From Smithellaceae bacterium (GTDB taxonomy: Bacteria > Desulfobacterota > Syntrophia > Syntrophales > Smithellaceae), in the NCBI GenBank assembly GCA_963667845.2, contig CAXXVL010000002.1, forward strand, positions 1,184,001 to 1,248,000: 64,000 nt of DNA, given 5' to 3'. This document shows, one piece after another, positions 30,461 through 39,357 of this stretch. The notes under the pieces were generated by a model. That model worked only from the letters and a program-made list of their open reading frames with translations. It was not told the DNA's origin and did no database searches. How positions within the stretch are numbered: position 1 is the stretch's first letter; each line of letters opens with the position of its first letter. The position numbers and the translations under genes are program-made.

Positions 30461-30754
30461 GTGAAAAAAATAACAATGATAGTGGTTACAGTGATGATGG
30501 TTGTCGGGCTGGCTGCCTCGGCATTTGCCAATCCGGGCTGGGGGGGCGGACAACGGTATGACTACCGCAGCGGGTATGAGCGTTCTCATGACAGATATGA
30601 TGATCGCGACTACCGGTTCCGTAATGATGATTGGCGGTTTCATCGGCCGCCGGTTGTTATTCACAGGATACCCGGACCGGTTGTTTATCTGCCCAGACCG
30701 CATGTGCCGGCGGTAGGTTTGTTCTTCCCGCACATGACCATCCAGTTTCGTTAA
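30461..30754 (+). CDS. Small secreted Arg/Asp/Tyr-rich then Pro-rich protein
   Basis: RBS AAGGAG, signal peptide ending ASAFA, low-complexity mature region. Confidence 0.7.
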   Translation: MKKITMIVVTVMMVVGLAASAFANPGWGGGQRYDYRSGYERSHDRYDDRDYRFRNDDWRFHRPPVVIHRIPGPVVYLPRPHVPAVGLFFPHMTIQFR

Positions 30755-30856
30755 CGCCGGGCACAGGCCGCGAAAGATGTAACGGCCGTCCGCAACATTC
30801 GGGAGAAAGCCGCCAGAGAGAAAGCGTGGTTTCTTTTTCCGGTTTCCCGTCCAATC

Positions 30857-30892
30857 AAAAAACAGACCGCTCCAAGGAAAGGAGCGGTCTGT
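30857..30892 (-). terminator. Intrinsic terminator of the acyl-CoA ligase gene
   Basis: ACAGACCGCTCC / GGAGCGGTCTGT stem followed by a U-run on the minus strand. Confidence 0.75.
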
Positions 30893-30913
30893 CCATAATG
30901 AATTCGTCAGCAA

Positions 30914-32416
30914 TCACATCTTTCTCAATTCCGTTTTCAATATCTTCCCCACCAGGCTTTTGGGCATGGCGTTGAGAAAGACGATATCCCTGGGCAAAAA
31001 GAAGTTGGTGAGCCGTGTTTTGCAGAAGGCGATAATGTCCTCGGCTGCCGCTTTTTCGCCCGGGTGCAAAACGACGAAGGCTTTAATTTCTTCCCCGTAT
31101 TTTTCATCCTTCACGCCGATCACGGCCGCCTCCGAAACCTGCGGATGCGCATAGAGGACCTCCTCAATCGTCCGGGGCGAGATGTTTTCGCCTCCTTTGA
31201 TGATGAGATCTTTCTTCCGGTCCGTGATCCAGAAATAGCCGTCGGGGTCGACGAAGCCCACATCGCCCGTATGCAGCCAGCCGTTTCTCAGCACTTCCGC
31301 CGTTTCCTCGGGCCGCATCCAGTATCCTTTCATGACCTGCGGGCCGCGGATCACGATTTCGCCTTTTTCTCCCGGCGGCAATTCTTTGCCCTGATCGTCG
31401 AAGATTTTCATTTCCGTGCCGGTCGTTGGAAGACCGATGGAGCCGATTTTTTTGAGGCCCTCCCAGGGATTGCAGGAGTTGTTGGCTCCCGCTTCCGTAA
31501 GGCCCCAGCCTTCGCTGATTTCAAATCCGTACATCTCTTTAAACTTATTCCAGGTCTCCACCGCGAGCGGCGCGGAGCCGCAGACCCAGTATTTCATGGA
31601 GCTCAGATTATATTTTTTCGGTTCGGGATAAAGCAGCATGTAGACATACATGGTCGGGACAGCGGCCAGGATATTGCCGGAATACTTTTCGATGGCGGAG
31701 AAAATCGCGGCGAGGTCGAAGGTATTGAGCAGCACGGCTCTGTTGCTCCGAAACAGACTCATGTTGGAGGATGCGATACCGTAAGAATGGCAAAGCGGCA
31801 GAATGCTGATATACGTCATGCCGTCCGTAGGGGGAAACGTGTGGTGCTGCATGTAAGCGTTGGAGTAGAGCGTCCCGTGAGTGTGGATGACGCCCTTGGC
31901 CTTGCCCGTCGTTCCGGCGGTATAGATCAGGGCGGCGATGTCGTCGTCGGCCGTTTCCACGATGGCTGTTTCTTCGGGACTTTGGTCCACGAGCGCGCGA
32001 AAAGAATGTGTTCCTTCCGGGGCGTCGTCTTCAATCACAATGACGGACTGCACGTCCGGCACTTTGGCGCGGCAGGCCTGGACCTTGGGAAGAAACATCT
32101 TGCTTGTGATCACGACTTTGGCGCCGGAATCCCGGTAGATGTGAGCTGTTTCTTCCTCGCCGATCATATAATTGATAGGGACGATTACGGCCCCGAGCCG
32201 CCAGGCGGCGGAAAAGCCATACAAAACCTCCGGGCAGTTGAAGGTTTGGATAATCACCCGGTCGCCGCGTTTGACGCCCAGATTCGCCAAAGCGTGGGCG
32301 AGCCTTCTGCTGTGGCGGATGATGTCCAGGTTCGATAGCTCGCGGTCTTCGTAAATGATCTTGGTTAAATCCGGTTTTTCCAGGCCTCTGTCTTCGTTGA
32401 GCTTTGCAATATTCAT
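30914..32416 (-). CDS. Long-chain fatty acid--CoA ligase (AMP-forming)
   Basis: YTAGTTGKAKG, EGWGLTE, WLHTGD, DRKKDLI, GKILK. Confidence 0.9.
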   Translation of the reverse strand: MNIAKLNEDRGLEKPDLTKIIYEDRELSNLDIIRHSRRLAHALANLGVKRGDRVIIQTFNCPEVLYGFSAAWRLGAVIVPINYMIGEEETAHIYRDSGAKVVITSKMFLPKVQACRAKVPDVQSVIVIEDDAPEGTHSFRALVDQSPEETAIVETADDDIAALIYTAGTTGKAKGVIHTHGTLYSNAYMQHHTFPPTDGMTYISILPLCHSYGIASSNMSLFRSNRAVLLNTFDLAAIFSAIEKYSGNILAAVPTMYVYMLLYPEPKKYNLSSMKYWVCGSAPLAVETWNKFKEMYGFEISEGWGLTEAGANNSCNPWEGLKKIGSIGLPTTGTEMKIFDDQGKELPPGEKGEIVIRGPQVMKGYWMRPEETAEVLRNGWLHTGDVGFVDPDGYFWITDRKKDLIIKGGENISPRTIEEVLYAHPQVSEAAVIGVKDEKYGEEIKAFVVLHPGEKAAAEDIIAFCKTRLTNFFLPRDIVFLNAMPKSLVGKILKTELRKM

Positions 32417-32776
32417 AATCGTCTCCCTTTCCCTGCTACGTGATCATTATGGTTATTATGAACTTTGCTTTTGGCGTTTGAAACAACCGTTCATGGACAT
32501 GAACGTCTTAATTCTTTGGGCGATGCCGGGAGAATCCGTTTCTCACCGGCTTTAATCTGCTGCAAACTCAAGACGAGGTGGAAGAGTCAACGATCCGATA
32601 AGTTTTTTCCCATTTTGCGTCATCGTAGCATAAAAGCGTTATCAATAAAAGATGATCTCTTTGATCCATGGACAAATAGATCATCGGGACTAATTTATGC
32701 TTTTGATGAAATTGATATTGACCGGTAAAGGCGTTCTCTGTATATACGCGCACCCATTGATAGAGGTTCCGATTGC

Positions 32777-33256
32777 ATGACGAAAGAGAGCAGAATAGCG
32801 AAATCTTCGGCTGGCCGCCGCACGCGGGTAGGAGAATCCGGTGTCCACGGTAAAGGGGTTTACGCCGCGCGGCCGATCAAGGCGGGTGACAGCGTGCTGG
32901 AATACAAAGGTGAGATCATCACCTGGCGCAAAGCACTGGCCCGGCATCCCCATGATCCCCGCCAGCCCAATCATACGTTTTACTTTCACCTGGACCACGG
33001 CCATGTGATTGATGCCAAATACGGCGGCAATACGGCGAAATGGATCAACCATTCCTGCGAGCCGAATCTGGAAGCGAGCCAGGACGGATACCGCGTCTTT
33101 CTCAAAGCCTTGCGCGATATTAATCCCGGTGAAGAACTCTTTTATGATTACAGTTTGATTATCGAAGGCCGCAAAACCGCCAGGGTTAAGAAGGAGCACG
33201 CCTGCCTGTGCGGCGCCGCCAACTGCCGCGGGACGATGCTGGATATTCAAAGATGA
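32777..33256 (+). CDS. SET-domain protein-lysine methyltransferase with post-SET
   Basis: HGKGVYA, INHSCEPN, ELFYDY, CLCGAANCRG. Confidence 0.9.
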   Translation: MTKESRIAKSSAGRRTRVGESGVHGKGVYAARPIKAGDSVLEYKGEIITWRKALARHPHDPRQPNHTFYFHLDHGHVIDAKYGGNTAKWINHSCEPNLEASQDGYRVFLKALRDINPGEELFYDYSLIIEGRKTARVKKEHACLCGAANCRGTMLDIQR

Positions 33257-33343
33257 GGGCAGGGATTGTCCGTAAGCGACATCGGCGATCGTCCGTTTCC
33301 TGCAGCCGGTGTGTTTATGTACGGCGTCCAGCCGACTGCTTAT

Positions 33344-34288
33344 TCAGATACAGGCTTTTCTTTCCCGGATAAAATCAGCAAACATTTTGGGCAGCGGCGC
33401 GCGAAGCATCACTTTGCTTTGACTGTCGGGATGCACGAAGTCTATCCGGCTGGCATGCAATGCCTGGCGCGGCAGGAGCAGGCGCGAAAGTAGAGAGGCG
33501 GTAAGGCCGTGCTTGATAAATTCGAGAAAGGCGGTTTTGTCTCTGCCGTAGAGTTTGTCGCCGACAATCGGATAGCCTGCGGCCAGGAGATGGGCGCGGA
33601 TCTGATGAAGCCTGCCCGTTCGGGGAAAACAGCGCACAAGGGAAGTATCTCCGGCACAGAGAACTTTTTGAAATAGTGTCCGGGCTTTTTCCGTTCCTTC
33701 CGCCCAGGCTTTGCGTTTCTTGCTCACGGAGGATTCCGGATCACGCCCCAGAGGCAAATCAAGGATCAACTCCTCATCGGGGAAAATGCCGTGCACCAGA
33801 GCAAGATATTCTTTTGTTCCGGAAGCGAGCGCGCAGGCCAGTCTCCGCACGCTTTCGCCGTCAAACGCCAGCAGAATGACACCCGATGTTTCGCGATCGA
33901 TGCGGTGCACCGGATAAACCTTCCGCCCATAGCGGTCCGCAAGCAATGCCGTCAGCGTATGGTTAAAATACCGCCCCGCAGGATGAACCGGCAGATTTCC
34001 CGTTTTATTGACGGCGACCAGCCATTTGTCCTCATAGAGGATCGTGATTTCCCGATCAACTTTCGGTTCAATAATGCCGCTGCCGTCCCAGGCCAGCTTT
34101 TCGCAGCCCTGCAGCATCATCTCGGGATCGGTGACAGCGACGCCGTCCACCGATAGTTTCCTTTCGGTAATTTCCTTGCTCCACTGATTCCGTGTAAAAT
34201 AGGTAAAGCGGCGAGCACAGTAGTCGGCAAGTGTTTCCGGTGCCGAAAGTGGCCTAATGGTGGTCGTGATAATCCGCTGAGACATCAT
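33344..34288 (-). CDS. RluA family pseudouridine synthase
   Basis: VNKTGNLPVHP, HRIDRETSG, TGRLHQIR, GDKLYG. Confidence 0.9.
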   Translation of the reverse strand: MMSQRIITTTIRPLSAPETLADYCARRFTYFTRNQWSKEITERKLSVDGVAVTDPEMMLQGCEKLAWDGSGIIEPKVDREITILYEDKWLVAVNKTGNLPVHPAGRYFNHTLTALLADRYGRKVYPVHRIDRETSGVILLAFDGESVRRLACALASGTKEYLALVHGIFPDEELILDLPLGRDPESSVSKKRKAWAEGTEKARTLFQKVLCAGDTSLVRCFPRTGRLHQIRAHLLAAGYPIVGDKLYGRDKTAFLEFIKHGLTASLLSRLLLPRQALHASRIDFVHPDSQSKVMLRAPLPKMFADFIRERKACI

Positions 34289-34775
34289 CGCTGGGGCAAC
34301 TCTCTTTCTTTTTTGCTTCATTTTCGATTTTGAGCTGCCGGACCAGGAAACTGTCGAGCTGATTGGCAAAAGCCTGGCGGTCTTTTTTACTGAAGGCGGC
34401 GGGCCCTCCGGTGATCTGGTTGATGTCTCTCAAATCAGTGAGCAAATCGCGCATGGCCAGCCGGTCCTTGATATTGTGCTCGGTGTAGAGCGTTCCCCGC
34501 GGATTCATCGCAAAGGCATTCTTGGCGACAACGCGATCGGCAAGCGGGATGTCGGCGGTAATCACGAGATCACCGGGCAAAACAAGTTCAGCGATTCGGT
34601 CATCGGCTACGTCCGGCCCCCCGGGAACCAGGATCAGCGAGAGATGAGGCAGGTCTTCCAGGCGCAGGGGTTTGTTGGCGACAAAAATCAGCGGAATATT
34701 CAGGCGCAAGGATGCCTTAATCAGGATGTCTCTGATGATGTTCGGAAAGGCGTCTGCATCGATAAATATCTGCAT
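34254..34775 (-). CDS. YaiI/YqxD family protein
   Basis: IFIDADAFP, VITADIPLA, GGPAAFS. Confidence 0.88.
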   Translation of the reverse strand: MQIFIDADAFPNIIRDILIKASLRLNIPLIFVANKPLRLEDLPHLSLILVPGGPDVADDRIAELVLPGDLVITADIPLADRVVAKNAFAMNPRGTLYTEHNIKDRLAMRDLLTDLRDINQITGGPAAFSKKDRQAFANQLDSFLVRQLKIENEAKKKESCPSDDVSADYHDHH

Positions 34776-34795
34776 GGGCAACCACCGGCCAGCCG

Positions 34796-35491
34796 CTACT
34801 TCTTCAGGATGACAAGGGCGTCTACGGCCACCGGCCGGCCGTCCTTCACGACGAGGGGATTGATATCGATCTCGGCGATCTCATCGTGCATGAGCCCAAG
34901 ATTGCCGATGCCCACCAGGGCTTGAGCCAGAACATCGCGGTCGACGGCTTTTTCTCCCCGGAAAGCGTCGAGAAGCTTTGTCGCCCGGATTTCACCGATC
35001 ATCTCCAGAGCGTCGCCTTCGCTAAGCGGCGCCACGCGGAAGCTGACGTCTTTCATGGCTTCCGTGAAAATACCGCCCAGGCCGAACATGACTGCCGGAC
35101 CGAACTGCGGATCGCGGGTCAGGCCGATCACAAATTCGCGCTGACCTTTGACCATTTCCTGAACGAGGACAGAGTCGAGGTCAATTCCTTTTCCCGTGAG
35201 TTCATCATAGGTCCGGGCCACATCCTCCCTGTCTTTCAGATTCAGGCGCACCATGTCCATTTCGGTCTTGTGTGTGAGTGCGGGTGCCGATCCCTTGAGG
35301 GCGACGGGAAAGCCGATGGCGGCCGCCTGATCGATGGCCTCCTGCCGCGAATGAGCCAGGATCTCGCGCGTTACCGGCACGCCGGCGGCGGCGATCACCT
35401 GCTTGGATTCATATTCCGAAAGCGCCTGCCGGCCGCTCTGCGCTGCATTGCGGATCAATGCCGCTATATTGTTTCTGGTTCCGCCTGTCAT
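34796..35491 (-). CDS. ADP-forming acyl-CoA synthetase beta subunit (ATP-grasp)
   Basis: LSEYESK, GFPVALK, HKTE, DPQFGP, DINPL. Confidence 0.85.
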   Translation of the reverse strand: MTGGTRNNIAALIRNAAQSGRQALSEYESKQVIAAAGVPVTREILAHSRQEAIDQAAAIGFPVALKGSAPALTHKTEMDMVRLNLKDREDVARTYDELTGKGIDLDSVLVQEMVKGQREFVIGLTRDPQFGPAVMFGLGGIFTEAMKDVSFRVAPLSEGDALEMIGEIRATKLLDAFRGEKAVDRDVLAQALVGIGNLGLMHDEIAEIDINPLVVKDGRPVAVDALVILKK

Positions 35492-36927
35492 GACACGGCC
35501 TCCTTCGTTTCCCGGTCCGCTTTTGCAAATGGAGCCAAACGGGATGTATCGTTGCCTATCATGTTTCTCTTCAGGAGAGATTCATAATAGGACGATGAGA
35601 CCGACAAGGCGCGCACGGCCTGCTCGGTTGTCTCAAAAATAGGGATCCGGTGTTTGGCGCGGATGGCGATGGTCTTGGCGACGGCATTCGGGGTGTAGAT
35701 CGCTGCGGGTTTATTGTAGTGTTTGCACATCTTCTGAAGTTCGAGCAGGCAATCGATCACAAAAGGCTGCCAGACGCTGAGCAGCGGCAAAAGCCCGTCC
35801 ACTTCTTTTGCGGACAAAAGGATGTCGAAAATATCCAGATAGGTCTGCGGCGGCGCCGGGCCGATGTCCACCGGGTTTTTGATGTTGAAGACTTGCCCGG
35901 CCTTTTTTAATTTCTCCTGTGTTTCGGGAGCCAGTCGCACCATCTGCAATCCTGCCTGAACCAGCAGATCGGCGCCGATGCTGCCGAAGGCGCCGGAATT
36001 GGTAAACGCAGCGATCCGCTTCCCGCTGAGGAGCGGCATTTCGGTAAACATCTTCGGGAGCGAATGAAGTTCGTCAATCGATTGCAGGCGGATGATTCCG
36101 GCCTGCCGGCAGGCGCTGTCAAAGACGGCATCGTTGTTGGCCATGCCTGCCGTATGCGACATGGCGGCGTTTGCGCCTTCCTGAGTTCTGCCGACCTTAT
36201 AAATGAGAATCGGCTTGACGGATCTGCGGGCAGCCTCCATCAATTTGCGGCCTGTGGCCAGGTTCTCCAGATAGATGCCGATGATTTCAGTTTCGTCCTT
36301 TTGAAAATACTCGATCAGGTCCGCTTCGTCCACATCGCATTTATTGCCGATGCTGACGACTTTGTTGATGCCGACCAGGTCATAGTAGAGGGATTCCATG
36401 ACCAGCACAACCACGCCGCCGCTTTGAATAATATAGGACACGGTGCCCGGCGATTCGAAGATTTGTTTCATCTCTACGAGGCTCGGGTTCACGCCGTAGA
36501 AGCAGCAGAATTTATTGCGCGTGCTGAGCGTCCCGAGGCAGTTGGGCCCCATGATGCGGATGCCGCTGGCTCTGGCAATCTCGTCGATTTCCCTCTGCAT
36601 CGCTTCACCGTCGTGGCCGCCTTCGGAGAAACCGGCGCTCTCAATGACAATGCGGTTGATTCCTTTTCGCGCGCAGTCCCGGATGATGGCCGGCACATGG
36701 CGCGCCGCGACGATGATCACCGCCAGATCCGGTGCAATCGGCAGATCGAGGACCGATGAATAGCCCGGATACCCTTTGACGGCCTCCCCTTTGGAATTGA
36801 CCGCATAGACGGTTCCGGAATACCGAAGATAATCTTTCAGCATGTCGCAAATGGTGGCTCCCAGATTAAAGGGAGCATTCGAAGCGCCGATGACAACAAC
36901 GGATTGAGGATTGAAGAATCGTTCCAC
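35488..36927 (-). CDS. ADP-forming acyl-CoA synthetase alpha subunit (CoA-binding)
   Basis: VVIGAS, MGPNCLG, QSG, SHTA phospho-His, NPVD. Confidence 0.85.
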   Translation of the reverse strand: MERFFNPQSVVVIGASNAPFNLGATICDMLKDYLRYSGTVYAVNSKGEAVKGYPGYSSVLDLPIAPDLAVIIVAARHVPAIIRDCARKGINRIVIESAGFSEGGHDGEAMQREIDEIARASGIRIMGPNCLGTLSTRNKFCCFYGVNPSLVEMKQIFESPGTVSYIIQSGGVVVLVMESLYYDLVGINKVVSIGNKCDVDEADLIEYFQKDETEIIGIYLENLATGRKLMEAARRSVKPILIYKVGRTQEGANAAMSHTAGMANNDAVFDSACRQAGIIRLQSIDELHSLPKMFTEMPLLSGKRIAAFTNSGAFGSIGADLLVQAGLQMVRLAPETQEKLKKAGQVFNIKNPVDIGPAPPQTYLDIFDILLSAKEVDGLLPLLSVWQPFVIDCLLELQKMCKHYNKPAAIYTPNAVAKTIAIRAKHRIPIFETTEQAVRALSVSSSYYESLLKRNMIGNDTSRLAPFAKADRETKEAVS

Positions 36928-37000
36928 GAAACACCTGCCTGATTGCGAATTTTGCAGCGCTTAAAAGCGCAAAACTTGCAGTTTTTGTCAAGCAGGAAAT

Positions 37001-37990
37001 CTAAGCCAGCTCTTCTTCTTTGATCGGCAGTGTAAAGTAGAAGGTGGCGCCATTCCCGGGCGCACCTGTGGCCCAGACGCGCCCGCCGTGGCGGCGGATG
37101 ATGCGCGAAACGAGCGCCAGGCCGACTCCCGTACCTTCAAATTCATCGGAACTGTGAATGCGTTGAAAAACGTTAAAGAGCTTGTCATAGAAAGCCATGT
37201 CAAACCCGATGCCGTTGTCCTGGACGCAGTATACGTTCTCCCGGTCTACACGATTTCCACCGACCGTAATCACGGCCCGGTCGGCGAGCCTGGTGAATTT
37301 GACGGCGTTCGCGAGCAGGTTCGTAAGCACTTCCCGGATCAGGACACGGTCACCGTAGGCGGCAGGGAGTGCGTCGTTTTGCAAAACCATATCCCGTCCC
37401 GGATTCAAGACGCGGAGCTCTTCCCATGTTTCATCGATCAGGAGGTTCATATCGAAATCGGATGACCGGATGGCGCTGCGGCCGAACCGCGAGAGGGCCA
37501 GAAGCCCTTCAATCATCTTCTCCATTTTTTGCGCGTTATCCCGGATGACATTAAAATTGTGCTGTTCTTCTTCGGTGAGTTTTTCTCCGATATTGCGCAA
37601 GAGAATTTTGGAAAAACCATCGATGGCCCTGAGCGGGGCGCGCAGGTCATGAGACACGGAATAACTGAAGCTCTCCAGGTCCCTCTTTGCAGACTCGACT
37701 TCCTTAAAGCCGCGATGGGTGAACTCAAAGGGCACAAGACATTCCGTTAATAGAGCGTGCGTCAGCTTGACGACCTTGACGCACTCTTCCTTTGATGAGG
37801 CCTTCGATAACAAATCGAGCTGGAGCTCCATATGTACGGAAAGAACGTTCATGACGCCCAGTCCGTCCTGGACGGCCTGGTGCCCCACTTCGTAAGCACA
37901 TTCCAGCGCCGCCTCGCCCGCTCCTCCGAGGCATTGTTCCAGGGTGTCTCTGTATTTCGTTTCCAGTTTATTGAGAGCTGCTTTCATCAT
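37001..37990 (-). CDS. Histidine kinase with N-terminal RsbU_N-like domain
   Basis: YRDTLEQCL..EAALECAYEVG..LSVH N-terminus; SHDLRAPL, NAVKF, DNGIGF, GVGLA. Confidence 0.82.
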   Translation of the reverse strand: MMKAALNKLETKYRDTLEQCLGGAGEAALECAYEVGHQAVQDGLGVMNVLSVHMELQLDLLSKASSKEECVKVVKLTHALLTECLVPFEFTHRGFKEVESAKRDLESFSYSVSHDLRAPLRAIDGFSKILLRNIGEKLTEEEQHNFNVIRDNAQKMEKMIEGLLALSRFGRSAIRSSDFDMNLLIDETWEELRVLNPGRDMVLQNDALPAAYGDRVLIREVLTNLLANAVKFTRLADRAVITVGGNRVDRENVYCVQDNGIGFDMAFYDKLFNVFQRIHSSDEFEGTGVGLALVSRIIRRHGGRVWATGAPGNGATFYFTLPIKEEELA

Positions 37991-38598
37991 CAACCCACAT
38001 AACGCGCGACCAGCACCAGGGCGTCATCGGTCTTCTTTCCGCATTGGGCAAGGATTTGATCGGCGATCTGTTGGGGAGAATCTTTGCAGTTGACTTCCCG
38101 GTTAAAGCTGCCGGAAATGCCGTCGGTCGCCAGCACGAGCGTGTCGCCCCTGAAAACGGTCAAGACGGAGGAATGAAGCGGCGGAAGCTGGTAGCCCACA
38201 ACACCTCCCCGCATCGGCAGGGATTCGTGCGGCGGTACGACATCGGCGCCGGAGCGCATCAAATACCCCTCCACATTGCCGATGCCCATCCAGATTATCG
38301 TTTTCTGTAAAACGTCGAGAAAGGCCAGACTCATGACGACTCCCCGGGTTCTGGCGAGCGCCTCATGGCATTCTCTGCTTAATTGAAAAAGATCATCGGA
38401 CCGGCTGTTCATCAGTGTGCCTGCAGCAATCTGGGAGGCTCGATAGGCTTCTTCTCCGTGCCCGAGTCCGTCGATGACGGCAATGAGGATGCCGGTTTCC
38501 GATTGCCGGATGGTGTAAGCATCGCCCGAATAGTGGTTGCCGGCAAGAGGCAAGTCGGCAACTCCCCACTCTATGACGGTTGCGGCTAGTTCTTCCAT
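37990..38598 (-). CDS. rsbX: RsbX-like PP2C/SpoIIE phosphatase
   Basis: SGDAY, IDGLGHG, GIGNV, ATDGI, DDALVL. Confidence 0.82.
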   Translation of the reverse strand: MEELAATVIEWGVADLPLAGNHYSGDAYTIRQSETGILIAVIDGLGHGEEAYRASQIAAGTLMNSRSDDLFQLSRECHEALARTRGVVMSLAFLDVLQKTIIWMGIGNVEGYLMRSGADVVPPHESLPMRGGVVGYQLPPLHSSVLTVFRGDTLVLATDGISGSFNREVNCKDSPQQIADQILAQCGKKTDDALVLVARYVG

Positions 38599-38993
38599 TT
38601 CTTTACGGTCACGACGGTTCCTTTTCCGACCCTGGAGGAGATGCTGAAATCGGTCATGATGCGTTTGCATCCCGGCAGGCCCAGACCCAGTCCCTTGCTC
38701 GTGGAATATCCGTCCTGCATGGCCAGTTCGATATTGGGAATGCCGGGCCCGTTGTCTTTGGCGACGATGGCGATTCCCTTCTTGTCTCCGGTTTCGACAA
38801 GGCTCATCGCAATCTCGCCTGCCTTGGCATATTCAATAATGTTGCGCGCCAGTTCGGAGATCGCCGTGGCCACGAGAGTCTGGTCAACACTGGAAAAGTC
38901 GAGGCGGTTGCACAGTTCGCGCACTTTTTGCCGCGCCGTGACAATGTCGCCTTCATGATTGATCGGGACGCGGATGTTATTGTTGTCTTCCAT
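38586..38993 (-). CDS. rsbT: Stressosome Ser/Thr kinase RsbT
   Basis: TAISELARNI, DNGPGI, DGYSTSKGLGLGLPG. Confidence 0.92.
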   Translation of the reverse strand: MEDNNNIRVPINHEGDIVTARQKVRELCNRLDFSSVDQTLVATAISELARNIIEYAKAGEIAMSLVETGDKKGIAIVAKDNGPGIPNIELAMQDGYSTSKGLGLGLPGCKRIMTDFSISSRVGKGTVVTVKKWKN

Positions 38994-38997
38994 ACCT

Positions 38998-39357
38998 TCA
39001 GCGGCCTTTTAAGCCGATATCCAGCAAAGCGGTCCCTTCTTCCAGATCGAGGGCCGTTGCAACATCGCCAAGCGTAAGCCCCAATTGAACCATGGAAAAA
39101 GCTACCTCCGGCTGAATGCCGACAATGACAGGTTTCGCGCCGCCCAGCTTGACCATCTGGGCGATCTCGCGCAACGTGCGGGCGGCAAAGGAATCCATCA
39201 CATCCAGAACCGTAACATCGACAATAACACCCCGGGACCGGAATTTGACGACCCGCTGGGCCAGGAGTTGACGCAGTTCCTTCCAGTCGGTATCACTCGG
39301 TGCGGACTGAATGGACGCGATCAGGTAGGAACCCTGTTTGAGAATCGGAATACTCAT
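38998..39357 (-). CDS. rsbS: Stressosome STAS protein RsbS
   Basis: IPILK, DVMDSF, GIQPEVAFSMVQLG, TALDLEEG. Confidence 0.92.
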   Translation of the reverse strand: MSIPILKQGSYLIASIQSAPSDTDWKELRQLLAQRVVKFRSRGVIVDVTVLDVMDSFAARTLREIAQMVKLGGAKPVIVGIQPEVAFSMVQLGLTLGDVATALDLEEGTALLDIGLKGR

